From Octopus sinensis (lineage: Eukaryota), in the NCBI RefSeq assembly GCF_006345805.1, contig NW_021836290.1, forward strand, positions 62,001 through 126,000: a stretch of 64,000 bases of DNA, written 5' to 3'. Both the position numbers and the translations under genes were made by a program. The notes beneath the pieces are model-generated. The model worked only from the letters and a program-made list of their open reading frames with translations. It made no database searches and was not told where the DNA came from. Below, piece by piece: positions 63,169 through 64,000 of the stretch. Within the stretch, counting starts at the first letter, position 1. Each line of letters begins with the position of its first letter.

Positions 63169-63215
<47 letters not shown>

Positions 63216-63286
63216 GTATATATATGTGTGTATATATAGATATATAAGTATATATATGTGTATATATATATATATATATATGTGTG

Positions 63287-63339
<53 letters not shown>

Positions 63340-63650
63340 GGAGGTGCAATGGCCCAATGGTTTGGGCAGCGGACTCGCGGTTGTAGGATTGCAGTTTCGA
63401 TTCCCAGACCGGGTGTTGTGAGTGTTTATTGAGCGAACGCATCTAAAGCTCCACGAGGCTCCGGCAGGAGGTGGTAGCAATCCCTGCTGTACTCTTTCGC
63501 CGCAACTTTCTCTCACTCTTTCTCCTGTTGGCCTACTCGCTTAGCCAGCGGGGTGGCGTCATTTGAAGGCTAAAACATGGCGAAGCGCATTGCGACCAGC
63601 GATGTGTAGCAACATCTGATAGCCTGGTCGGTCACGGTGATCACGGTGAT
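63340..63650 (+). mobile_element. tRNA-derived SINE (further family)
   Basis: A box tggcccaatgg, B box gtttcgattcc, tail ggtcggtcacggtgatcacggtgat into (TA)n. Confidence 0.7.
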
Positions 63651-64000
63651 ATATATATATATATATATATAAAAGCAGAACATGCAGGAAACTTTTGATC
63701 AAACAAATTGACCAACATCAGAAAATTATTTTTTAATACAAAACATAATATTGCAAACATTTCTTCAAAAAGTTTAAGCATTATGTCTCTCAATTTCTAT
63801 ACGCGACAGTGCACACGACTATTTGAAAGCCAACGAACCTCTGTGAATAGTAGATGTCTCCTGAAATTTTCTCCCATTTCTTCACAAATATGAGCAAATG
63901 ATTTTGATTTAAGATATTTGTTATAATTGCTCACTTGGACCACTTCTTTTATAACTCTTCGGAAATCATCTCCACCAGTTTGCGCAATTAGTGATTCGCG

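Larger units (their letters stand above)
59190..63170 (+). mobile_element. Full-length RTE-clade LINE
   Basis: About 600-bp GC-rich 5' region, uninterrupted APE-RT ORF, short 3' UTR ending gaaggacgaacatta; (TA)-rich microsatellites on both sides. Confidence 0.93.

Overview
AT-rich, repeat-saturated eukaryotic DNA. The SINE families look like those of octopus/coleoid cephalopods (my recognition, not a database result). No prokaryotic genes, CRISPR arrays, or rRNA/tRNA genes were seen. The only host-gene piece I can support is a minus-strand terminal exon of a Ly6/uPAR (three-finger, quiver/sleepless-like) protein at 6449-6668, with a 1-nt frameshift just before an intact GPI-type hydrophobic tail. 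The rest is a nested mix of mobile elements and microsatellites: three CR1-group LINEs, several R4/Dong-like RLE LINEs in (TAA)n tracts, a full-length mariner, a Ty3/Gypsy gag-protease fragment, a probable L1/Tx1 ORF1 remnant, and Helitron helicase and non-autonomous pieces. There are also two back-to-back Penelope-like elements (one with an intact RT-GIY-YIG ORF, one with 267-bp inverted ends carrying hammerhead ribozymes), an apparently intact full-length RTE LINE, and many SINEs. The main leads are: an in-frame UGA-CGG between the only upstream ATG and the RTE ORF (possible readthrough), the paired hammerheads, the Ly6 frameshift, a 495-bp palindrome with an inverted spacer, a fixed-spacing CRE/CCAAT array, a 316-bp near-identity island between two LINE copies, and a shared A_AAA_AAA frameshift in two R4 copies. 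Everything was read by eye, so boundaries of degenerate elements are approximate.
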